From the IMG/VR virus record IMGVR_UViG_3300025577_000002: a stretch of 60,938 bases of DNA; one strand, written 5' to 3'. The notes below the pieces were generated by a model. That model was not told the DNA's origin. It searched no databases and was given only the letters and a program-made list of their open reading frames with translations. Position numbers and translations under genes: made by a program. This DNA is from a virus. Each line of letters begins with the position of its first letter. Position 1 is the first letter of the stretch. Below, one piece after another: positions 43,983 to 51,177 of the stretch.

Positions 43983-44071
43983 AACAGTGTACTCCAGTTG
44001 GTTTAAGGCTCAGTGGGGCGCGAGGGGCGGTGTCTGACTAACTAACTGTGAGAACCCCCACCGAGATACAT

Positions 44072-44100
44072 ATTATGACACAAGTAGCGAAGAATGTCAA
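44072..44100 (-). promoter_or_regulatory. near-consensus sigma70 promoter (early, leftward)
   Basis: On the minus strand: TTGACA (44100-44095), 17-nt spacer, CATAAT (44077-44072), with TG at the extended -10 position. It lies about 85 nt upstream of ATG 43982. Confidence 0.6.
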
Positions 44101-44256
44101 AGGATGCCAAAACGTGTCGAGTTGTGTAATGTTCTTGTGTTTAGTGTATTGTTCTTACAGTGAAGTGACCTAAGTCATTGATTTATAAGTACTGTTCGAA
44201 TGTTCGCTTTTGCGCAGATAGGAGAGACCTGCTGAGAGGGGGTCCGAAGACGCAAG

Positions 44257-44460
44257 AAAACGTACAGTCATTTCGAGCGGCAAAAAGGTTGGGAGCCAAT
44301 TTCGTGGAAAACGTACTTTATATATTAATATTAAGAATAAGTATATATAGATAAACCTCGATACTTTGACGCTGGTATGTTTCGTCGGTGCTTACTAGTG
44401 CCTACAACAAAATGTCACGAAACTACATTGTACGTTTAGGGCCTTTAAAAAACGTACAAT
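44257..44460. promoter_or_regulatory. iteron-like AAACGTAC repeats flanking an AT-rich block (candidate replication origin or operator region)
   Basis: aaaacgtaca is at 44257-44266 and aaaacgtact is at 44308-44317. An 11-bp inverted pair attgtacgttt (44427-44437) / aaacgtacaat (44450-44460) follows. An A/T-rich stretch occupies about 44317-44354 (ttatatattaatattaagaataagtatatatagataaa). Confidence 0.3.
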
Positions 44461-44547
44461 ACAAGAACATTACCCCCCTTTTTCGTACAGTACACGCGGC
44501 ACTAAGGCTAGAACGCGAACATTACAAATATGGCTGTTTTGCGTTGG

Positions 44548-44575
44548 CGCAACGCGACCCGAGGAACTGGTATCA
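44548..44575. repeat. 28-bp perfect direct repeat, copy 1
   Basis: cgcaacgcgacccgaggaactggtatca is identical to 44679-44706. Confidence 0.9.
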
Positions 44576-44603
44576 CGACGTAAGAATCCTCCGCCATAGC
44601 TTT

Positions 44604-44620
44604 GTTAGTGACGCACTAAC
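44604..44620 (-). repeat. 17-bp palindromic motif, copy 8 (non-coding)
   Basis: Plus strand reads GTTAGTGacgCACTAAC. It lies midway between the two 28-bp direct repeats. Confidence 0.9.
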
Positions 44621-44678
44621 AAGTCCTAGTGTGTTATATCGAGGTGGCATGTATAGACAACCAATTGTTATCGGCTCA

Positions 44679-44706
44679 CGCAACGCGACCCGAGGAACTG
44701 GTATCA
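44679..44706. repeat. 28-bp perfect direct repeat, copy 2
   Basis: Identical to 44548-44575, with 131-bp periodicity. Confidence 0.9.
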
Positions 44707-44727
44707 ATGCCCGATAAAATCGAGGCG

Positions 44728-44750
44728 AAAAAAAACCCGCCGAAGCGGGT
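44728..44750 (-). terminator. rho-independent terminator (minus strand) after lipoprotein gene
   Basis: On the minus strand: ACCCGC-UUCG-GCGGGU followed by U8 (plus-strand A-run 44728-44735). The stem abuts the TAA stop. Confidence 0.85.
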
Positions 44751-44908
44751 TACATGGCATCCCAGATCATAGCTGGGGTGATGCAGGAGCTGTACTCGGT
44801 CCAGTGCTCTTCGTCCCACGACTGGCAACCGGTTATTGCGTTGATCATGATGAAACCTAGTAAGAAGCCTAGTAAGAAGCCTAGTAATGCTGTGCTGATA
44901 TGTTTCAT
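44750..44908 (-). CDS. small lipoprotein (52 aa precursor)
   Basis: Not in the track. AAGGAA RBS upstream. Translation is MKHISTALLGFLLGFLLGFIMINAITGCQSWDEEHWTEYSSCITPAMIWDAM. It has a signal peptide and lipobox-like AITG|C, giving a mature peptide of about 25 aa. The h-region is encoded by a 12-bp tandem repeat (44856-44887). Confidence 0.6.
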   Translation of the reverse strand: MKHISTALLGFLLGFLLGFIMINAITGCQSWDEEHWTEYSSCITPAMIWDAM

Positions 44909-44925
44909 TGTGGTTCCTTAATAGC

Positions 44926-44945
44926 GGGGCGGCAATTGCCGCCCC
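44926..44945. terminator. GC-rich 8-bp hairpin (attenuator/3'-stabiliser candidate)
   Basis: ggggcggc-aatt-gccgcccc lies 8 nt after the stop of the 169-aa gene. There is no clear U-tract on the minus strand. Confidence 0.4.
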
Positions 44946-44952
44946 TTATTAG

Positions 44953-45462
44953 TTATAGTAGTTTGATCGCGGCCAGTACTTGCTGGCGCATCTTAATGAC
45001 GTCAAACTTTGGTTCTTCTAAACTGGCGCACACTTTCAAGATATCGTTCAATGAATCCCGGATGCGCTGGTCTGGTGTCCGTGTTCGACTGGTGCTGCCT
45101 TCAATTTCCTTCTTAGTGCGCTTCTCTAATGCGCTTTTGAAGTCATTGCGTTTGGCGCCAATTTGTTGCTGAGCGTATCGCTTGCTTGCCTTCTGGCTAT
45201 CGGACAAGCTCTTAGTGTTCTTTATCAGTAGCGCTTGTGTAGGAGCGGGAAACCCCTTTATGATCGCGGCATTGATACTATCGAACAACTCCTCACTCGC
45301 CGTGCTCTTAGTGTCCTTCGTCTTGGGTGATATAAAGTCAGTCGACTTAAACCCCTCTGCGATTAAGGTGTCGATCGCCGATACCATTGACTTGTCTGCC
45401 TTAGAAGATGCTGATACGGCGGCAGTGATACGGGTTGCGGTTGCAGTGTTTAGCTTATTCAT
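44953..45462 (-). CDS. hypothetical early protein (169 aa)
   Basis: It is the first ORF downstream of the 45520-45548 promoter, with a GAGAG RBS. It is S/T/K-rich with no recognisable motif. Confidence 0.55.
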   Translation of the reverse strand: MNKLNTATATRITAAVSASSKADKSMVSAIDTLIAEGFKSTDFISPKTKDTKSTASEELFDSINAAIIKGFPAPTQALLIKNTKSLSDSQKASKRYAQQQIGAKRNDFKSALEKRTKKEIEGSTSRTRTPDQRIRDSLNDILKVCASLEEPKFDVIKMRQQVLAAIKLL

Positions 45463-45519
45463 AATGTTCTCTCTTAGTTAGTTGGGTAACATATCCAGCC
45501 CCTCGCTAGATATGCAACC

Positions 45520-45548
45520 ACTATAGCGAACACCTGATAACTTATCAA
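45520..45548 (-). promoter_or_regulatory. sigma70-like promoter (early, leftward)
   Basis: On the minus strand: TTGATA (45548-45543), 17-nt spacer, TATAGT (45525-45520). The -35 element overlaps the palindrome TGATAAcTTATCA (45536-45548). Confidence 0.55.
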
Positions 45549-45591
45549 TAGATAAACTAACCGGCTGATAAGTTTAGCCATTCCTCGCTAT

Positions 45592-45608
45592 GTTAGTGGC
45601 GCACTAAC
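45592..45608 (-). repeat. 17-bp palindromic motif, copy 9 (divergent intergenic region)
   Basis: Plus strand reads GTTAGTGgcgCACTAAC. It is about 45 nt upstream of the -35 of the leftward promoter and is flanked by two ctaaccggc repeats. Confidence 0.9.
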
Positions 45609-45804
45609 AAAAGCTAACCGGCCAGCGACGCGGGGAAAAGCGGCCAAAGACAACCCCACATACCCCCCACCAACCACTTTGTGGCGTAGGAATCCTGCGG
45701 CTCCTATGAATTACTAATACGTGGGAACAATGGCCACTTTTTTGAGTTTGGTACCCCCACCCCCTCAATATGGCGATACCCCCCGGGTCAAAATATTAAT
45801 GGAC

Positions 45805-45832
45805 TTGCAAAAAATTATTTTTCGTGTATAAC
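45805..45832 (+). promoter_or_regulatory. sigma70-like promoter candidate for the late (rightward) arm
   Basis: TTGCAA (45805-45810), 16-nt A/T-rich spacer, TATAAC (45827-45832), about 35 nt upstream of ATG 45867. Confidence 0.35.
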
Positions 45833-45866
45833 CGTACCCATCGGTTAATAGCCTGCGGAAGTAAAA

Positions 45867-46499
45867 ATGACCTTAATGCTCGACCCTGAAATCGGTGTCC
45901 CCTTTTCGGACAAGGTTCCGTATATTGACCTGCGTGCTCGGGCAGAAGCGGCATGTAACTCCGCTATGCTCCTCTCAGAACACGGTTTAGACGTGGAACC
46001 CACTAAAGAAGATCAGGATACGGCGGCAAAATTGGCTTTGGCATACGCAGAAGATCCCGAAAAGACGTCTAAAAAAGTTAATAACAAACGAGCGGCCACA
46101 CTAACCCCGGCTTCCCTCATAATAACGGGTAATATCCTCAAGGAATTCGGCCACTCGGTGGTAGAGAGTTCGGTGCAGATACGACACCTCGTTACGAACA
46201 AGCTAATTGACGAAACGATGAACCCTGACCCTCGGGTGCGTATCCGTGCACTGGAGCTTCTCGGTAAAATATCCGATGTGGGGCTGTTTGCAGAGAAGAC
46301 AGAGGTCACGATCACGCACCAGACGACCGATGACATCAAAGAACGCCTCCGTAACAAGCTGATGAAGCTAGTCAACCCCGAAGAAGTAGAAGAAGCTACG
46401 TTTATAGACGTTGATGCTATGTTGGGTGCCGACGACGAAGACGACGTTGACGACGCCGACGACGACGCGGTAGGGGAGGCTGAAAATTTCGATGGATGA
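45867..46499 (+). CDS. terS: terminase small subunit candidate (210 aa)
   Basis: It is immediately upstream of, and overlapping, the terL gene. ..RVRIRALELLGKISDVGLFAEKTE.. resembles the ..ALELLGKhlGmF.. motif of Terminase_2-type small subunits. The C-terminal tail is acidic. Confidence 0.5.
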   Translation: MTLMLDPEIGVPFSDKVPYIDLRARAEAACNSAMLLSEHGLDVEPTKEDQDTAAKLALAYAEDPEKTSKKVNNKRAATLTPASLIITGNILKEFGHSVVESSVQIRHLVTNKLIDETMNPDPRVRIRALELLGKISDVGLFAEKTEVTITHQTTDDIKERLRNKLMKLVNPEEVEEATFIDVDAMLGADDEDDVDDADDDAVGEAENFDG

Positions 46500-48045
46500 T
46501 GATGTACTAGACTTCACAGAAGCCGATATTGAACAGATGCTGGCTAATCTGGACTCGTTTTCGGACGAGGAAGTGGTCGAGATTGACCGTATGGCGGATG
46601 AGCTTACAACACGTAAGGCGAGTAAAGCTGCGTACGATGATCTGATCGAGTTTTGCCAGATGATGATGCCTGAGTTTCTTGTGGGTAAGCACCACAGAAT
46701 ACTTGCAGATATGCTCATGGCTATCGAGAGCGGCGACAAAGACCGAGTATGCGTTAACATCCCACCACGTCACGGCAAATCACAGTTGGTGTCTATTTTC
46801 TACCCAGCGTGGTTCCTAGGACGTAATCCCAACAAGAAAGTCATGATGGTATCTCATACTACCGATTTGGCTGTGGATTTCGGACGTAAGGTTCGTAACC
46901 TAATTGCTACAGATGCGTACAGCGCGATATTTCCTACCGTTAGACTGGCACAGGATAGTAAGTCAGCAGGAAGGTGGAATACTAACGCTGGCGGAGAATA
47001 TTATGCGTGTGGTATCGGGTCAGCCCTAGCAGGTCGAGGTGCAGATCTCCTGTTGATTGACGACCCCCACTCTGAGCAGGATGTGATCAACGGAAACTTC
47101 ATCGTATTTGAGAAAGCCTACGAATGGTTTACTTTTGGTGCACGAACTCGACTAATGCCGGGTGGCCGTGTAGCGATCATACAGACTCGGTGGCATATGG
47201 ATGATTTGACTGGGCGTGTTGTTCGGGACATGTCCAAGAACGATAGGTCCGATCAATATGAAGTTGTTGAGTTCCCTGCTATACTAGAGGTTCTAAACCC
47301 CAAAACTAATAAGCACGTAGAAAAGCCGTTGTGGCCTGAGTTTTTTGACTTAGAGGCGTTGTTACGTACTAAAGCGTCTATGCCAGCGTTTCAGTGGAAT
47401 TCGCAGTACCAACAACAGCCGACGGCAGAAGAAGCGGCACTTATTAAGCGGGATTGGTGGCAGATATGGGATCAGGAGAATCCCCCCAAGTGCGAGTACG
47501 TCATCATGTCCTTGGACTCCGCAGCCGAGACACATAACCGCGCTGACTACACGGCACTGACAACTTGGGGTGTTTTTTTCTACGAAGAGACAAATGCGTA
47601 CAATATTATCTTGCTTAATAGTATAAAGAAGCGTATGGAGTTTCCAGAACTTAAAGAAATGGCTCTGGAAGAGTACTCTGAGTGGCAGCCTGACTCGTTT
47701 ATTGTAGAGAAAAAGAGTTCGGGTGTAGCCTTATACCAAGAAATGCGCCGAATGGGCGTACCAGTAACTGAATATACCCCACACAGGGGGTCAGGCGATA
47801 AGTTGGCACGTTTAAACTCTGTCGCTGATATTGTATCATCTGGCATTTGCTGGGTTCCCGCTACTAGGTGGGCTGAAGAAGTAGTAGAAGAGATTGCCGG
47901 GTTCCCTTTTATGAGTCATGATGACTTAGTTGACTCAACGGTGATGGCGCTTATGCGATTTAGGCAGGGCGGGTTTATTCGACTACCTACTGACGAGCCT
48001 GAAGAACAACAATACTTCCGCCACCGGCGCGGCGGGTTTTACTGA
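46492..48045 (+). CDS. terL: terminase large subunit
   Basis: Walker A-like ..NIPPRHGKSQL.. and Walker B ..ADLLLIDDPHSE.. are present. ..IIQTRWHMDDLTGR.. and C-terminal nuclease acidic residues (..VIMSLDSA.., ..HDDLVDS..) follow. Confidence 0.9.
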   Translation: MDDDVLDFTEADIEQMLANLDSFSDEEVVEIDRMADELTTRKASKAAYDDLIEFCQMMMPEFLVGKHHRILADMLMAIESGDKDRVCVNIPPRHGKSQLVSIFYPAWFLGRNPNKKVMMVSHTTDLAVDFGRKVRNLIATDAYSAIFPTVRLAQDSKSAGRWNTNAGGEYYACGIGSALAGRGADLLLIDDPHSEQDVINGNFIVFEKAYEWFTFGARTRLMPGGRVAIIQTRWHMDDLTGRVVRDMSKNDRSDQYEVVEFPAILEVLNPKTNKHVEKPLWPEFFDLEALLRTKASMPAFQWNSQYQQQPTAEEAALIKRDWWQIWDQENPPKCEYVIMSLDSAAETHNRADYTALTTWGVFFYEETNAYNIILLNSIKKRMEFPELKEMALEEYSEWQPDSFIVEKKSSGVALYQEMRRMGVPVTEYTPHRGSGDKLARLNSVADIVSSGICWVPATRWAEEVVEEIAGFPFMSHDDLVDSTVMALMRFRQGGFIRLPTDEPEEQQYFRHRRGGFY

Positions 48046-48056
48046 GAGACTAAACA

Positions 48057-50531
48057 ATGGCGATCGAAAAAGGTTTATATTCAGCCCCCATGGGTTTGAC
48101 CGAAGAATTTGAGCTGGACGACAGCGCAGCTGAAGAAGGCACGGAACTTGCGATCGAGATAATCGATCCTGAGGCTGTGATTTTAGACGACGGTTCAGTT
48201 GAGATAACGATAATCCCAGACGCCGATGAGTTTGATTTGTTAGGATTCGATGCTAACTTGGCAGAGGGGCTAGATGAGGGCGAACTGCGTGAGTTATCTG
48301 GAGACCTGATAGGTCTTGTAGAAGCTGACATCGAGAGCCGCAAAGAGTGGGCCGACACCTTTGTAAAAGGTTTGGACACGTTAGGGTTAAAGTACGAAGA
48401 ACGTACAGATCCTTGGGAAGGTGCCTGTGGAGTACACTCGGCAGTCTTAGCAGAAGCGGCGATCCGGTTCCAAGCAGAGACTATGAGCGAGACATTCCCC
48501 GCCGCTGGCCCAGTCCGCGTTAAGATCCTCGGTGAAGAGAATAAAGATAAGGTCGAAGCCGCTGAGCGTGTAAAAGCGGATATGAACTACGAACTTACAG
48601 AACGTATGGTTGAGTACCGTCCAGAGCACGAACGTATGCTATACAGCCTAGGTTTGGCGGGTTCAGCGTTCAAAAAGGTCTATTTTGACCCGAATTTGGG
48701 GCGTCAAGTAGCTATATACATCCCCGCAGAAGACGTCATTGTACCGTACGGCGCGTCACATATTGAGTCCGCAGAGCGTGTTTCGCACATAATGCGTAAG
48801 ACTAAGAACGAACTGAAGAAGCTTCAGAGCGTTGGTTTCTACCGAGACGTAGAGTTAGGAGAGCCACAGGCATACCACACAGACATTGAAGAGAAGAAAG
48901 CTGAAGAAGGTGGCTTCTCTACAACAGATGACGATCGCTTCACAGTATACGAGATCCACGCCGACCTGATCATTGACGGTGTTGATGAAGACGAAGAAGA
49001 GATCGCAAAACCTTACATCGTAACTATTGAACGTGGCACTGGGGAAGTCCTCGCAATTCGCCGTAACTGGTACGAAGAAGACGAACTGATGCTAAAACGT
49101 CAGCATTTCGTACACTACGTATATGTGCCCGGATTCGGCTTCTACGGCCTTGGACTCATCCACATTATAGGCGGGTACGCTAGAGCGGGAACGTCGCTCA
49201 TACGGCAGCTGGTGGACGCTGGTACGCTATCTAACCTCCCCGGCGGATTGAAGTCTCGTGGGTTACGTATTAAGGGTGATGATACACCGATTGAACCCGG
49301 TGAATGGAAAGATGTAGATGTACCGTCTGGATCTATCCGTGACAACATCATGCCGCTTCCTTATAAAGAGCCGAGCCAGACATTACTAGCCCTACTTAAC
49401 CAGATCACGACGGAAGGTCGGCGTCTTGGTGCTATTAGTGACATGAACATCTCGGACATGTCTGCTAACGCTCCTGTAGGCACCACACTGGCTCTCCTAG
49501 AGCGTACGCTGAAACCTATGGCGGCAGTACAGGCTCGGGTCCACTACGCCATGAAGCAGGAGTTTAAGCTCCTCAAAGCGATCATGGCAGAGCACGCTCC
49601 CGAAGAGTATGGCTACCAGCCAGAAAGGGGCGAGATAAGCGCACGTCAAGCAGACTATGCGATGGTGGATGTAATCCCCGTCAGTGATCCGAACAGCTCT
49701 ACAATGGCGCAACGTGTAGTTCAGTACCAAGCAGTGCTACAGATGTCGCAGCAAGCTCCTCAGATATACGACCTACCACAGCTCCACCGACAGATGATTG
49801 AAGTACTAGGCGTTAAGAACGCCGACAAACTCGTTCCTACACAGGACGATGCCAAACCGACCGATCCGGTCAGCGAAAACATGGACGCCCTAAACGGTAA
49901 ACCCGTACACGCGTTTATAAACCAAGACCACGACGCACATATGGCGGTACACCAGTCATTTATGCAAGACCCAATGATCGCGCAGACTATTGGTCAAAAC
50001 CCGCAAGGGCAGAAGATCATGATGGCGTTGCAGGCACACCTTGCTGAACACCTCGGGTTTAGCTATCGCAAGCAGATAGAAGAAAAACTAGGCGTTCAAC
50101 TACCACCACCGAACGAAGAGTTACCAGAAAGCATCGAAATGGAACTCGCACGTCTCATGGCGGACGCCGGTAAGCAGCTTACCCAGACGCACCAGCAAGA
50201 AGCCGCGCAGAAGCAGGCTGAGCAACAGCAGCAAGATCCTGTTATGCAGATGCAGCAAGCTGAGCTACAGATCAAACAACAAGAAGTACAGCGTAAGGCC
50301 CAGAAGGATCAGGCCGATATGCAGATGAAACAAGCTGAGCTACAACTCAAAGCCCAGCAAGTTCAGGCATCCGCACAGCTAGATGCGGAACGCGTGAAGA
50401 TAGAGCAACAAGAACTCCAGATGGAAGCCGAGAAATCGGGAGTACAACTGGCTGCGGATAGACGCCGAGACAGCAACAAGATAGACCTAGAACTAGCGAA
50501 GTTGACGTCCGGCAAAAATAACAGGAAATAA
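48057..50531 (+). CDS. portal protein (824 aa) with Gln-rich C-terminal coiled coil
   Basis: Its position directly after terL and its size fit a portal. The C-terminal about 100 aa (QQEAAQKQAEQQQQD..QQAELQIKQQEVQRKAQKDQ..) are reminiscent of the P22-type portal barrel. Confidence 0.7.
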   Translation: MAIEKGLYSAPMGLTEEFELDDSAAEEGTELAIEIIDPEAVILDDGSVEITIIPDADEFDLLGFDANLAEGLDEGELRELSGDLIGLVEADIESRKEWADTFVKGLDTLGLKYEERTDPWEGACGVHSAVLAEAAIRFQAETMSETFPAAGPVRVKILGEENKDKVEAAERVKADMNYELTERMVEYRPEHERMLYSLGLAGSAFKKVYFDPNLGRQVAIYIPAEDVIVPYGASHIESAERVSHIMRKTKNELKKLQSVGFYRDVELGEPQAYHTDIEEKKAEEGGFSTTDDDRFTVYEIHADLIIDGVDEDEEEIAKPYIVTIERGTGEVLAIRRNWYEEDELMLKRQHFVHYVYVPGFGFYGLGLIHIIGGYARAGTSLIRQLVDAGTLSNLPGGLKSRGLRIKGDDTPIEPGEWKDVDVPSGSIRDNIMPLPYKEPSQTLLALLNQITTEGRRLGAISDMNISDMSANAPVGTTLALLERTLKPMAAVQARVHYAMKQEFKLLKAIMAEHAPEEYGYQPERGEISARQADYAMVDVIPVSDPNSSTMAQRVVQYQAVLQMSQQAPQIYDLPQLHRQMIEVLGVKNADKLVPTQDDAKPTDPVSENMDALNGKPVHAFINQDHDAHMAVHQSFMQDPMIAQTIGQNPQGQKIMMALQAHLAEHLGFSYRKQIEEKLGVQLPPPNEELPESIEMELARLMADAGKQLTQTHQQEAAQKQAEQQQQDPVMQMQQAELQIKQQEVQRKAQKDQADMQMKQAELQLKAQQVQASAQLDAERVKIEQQELQMEAEKSGVQLAADRRRDSNKIDLELAKLTSGKNNRK

Positions 50532-50533
50532 CC

Positions 50534-50731
50534 ATGGCTAAGACCGTCTTTGACGTGCTCGCAGAGAATATCAACGCAGACATAGAGTCTGCGACTACTT
50601 TCCTTACTGGAGGGTCTGCTAAAGACTTTCCGGCGTATCGGGAAATTGTTGGCTTAATTCGGGGTCTCGAAGCCAGCAAGCAACATCTAGCGGACCTCTC
50701 GCGTAACTATATGGAACAAGACGATGACTGA
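50534..50731 (+). CDS. hypothetical head-module protein (65 aa)
   Basis: Track ORF that starts 3 nt after the portal stop. Confidence 0.45.
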   Translation: MAKTVFDVLAENINADIESATTFLTGGSAKDFPAYREIVGLIRGLEASKQHLADLSRNYMEQDDD

Positions 50732-51167
50732 TTCTATTATTGCAGTACCTGATGCCCTAAAACGGAAGATGGAAGCTGAAGCTTCAGCGGAACCGAAATT
50801 AAAAGACCGCGAGCTTACTGACGGAGAGTGGGAAGCACAACTCCCTAAGCCCTCAGGCTTCCGACTATTAATAGCGCTACCTGATGTAGAAGAGTACTAC
50901 AAAGGTACAGAGCTATTAAAAACTACAGATGTGATGCACAGAGAGTACATCATGTCGATAATGGGCATTGTAGTAGACATGGGTGCCGACGCCTATTCAG
51001 ATACAGACCGCTTTCCTGAAGGCCCTTGGTGTAAGCAAGGTGACTACGTTATGTTCCGTATGAACACAGGTACGCGTTTTAAGGTGAATGGTAAGGAGTT
51101 TCGACTGATGAACGATGATTCGGTAGAAGCAGTAATTCCAGACCCTAGCGGCATCATGGCTATATAG
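50724..51167 (+). CDS. head-module protein with GroES/Cpn10-like C-terminal pattern (147 aa)
   Basis: ..GFRLLIALPD..IMGIVVDMGADAY..KQGDYVMFRMNTG..VNGKEFRLMNDDSVEAVI.. follows the spacing of the GroES beta-barrel. This is an eye-level resemblance only. Confidence 0.3.
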   Translation: MTDSIIAVPDALKRKMEAEASAEPKLKDRELTDGEWEAQLPKPSGFRLLIALPDVEEYYKGTELLKTTDVMHREYIMSIMGIVVDMGADAYSDTDRFPEGPWCKQGDYVMFRMNTGTRFKVNGKEFRLMNDDSVEAVIPDPSGIMAI

Positions 51168-51177
51168 GAGATAACTC

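Noticed and set aside
44388-44717. The 109-aa plus-strand ORF in the large non-coding region could be a gene.
   Set aside because: It starts with GTG-type context and no SD, and it runs against the direction of all neighbouring genes. It is largely composed of the 28-bp repeats and the 17-bp motif. The region is better explained as regulatory or origin DNA.
32545-45608. The nine palindromic repeats could form a CRISPR-like array.
   Set aside because: The spacing is irregular (from about 300 bp to more than 6 kb). The copies sit between or inside ordinary protein-coding genes. There is no leader or cas context. The Cas4-like gene at 32826-33494 is a common phage replication/recombination nuclease.
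43983-45866. I looked for tRNA or other structured RNA genes in the two large intergenic regions.
   Set aside because: I could not find a cloverleaf-compatible sequence, such as a T-arm GTTCRANNC box with matching acceptor stems. A dedicated tRNA or ncRNA scan would be needed for certainty.
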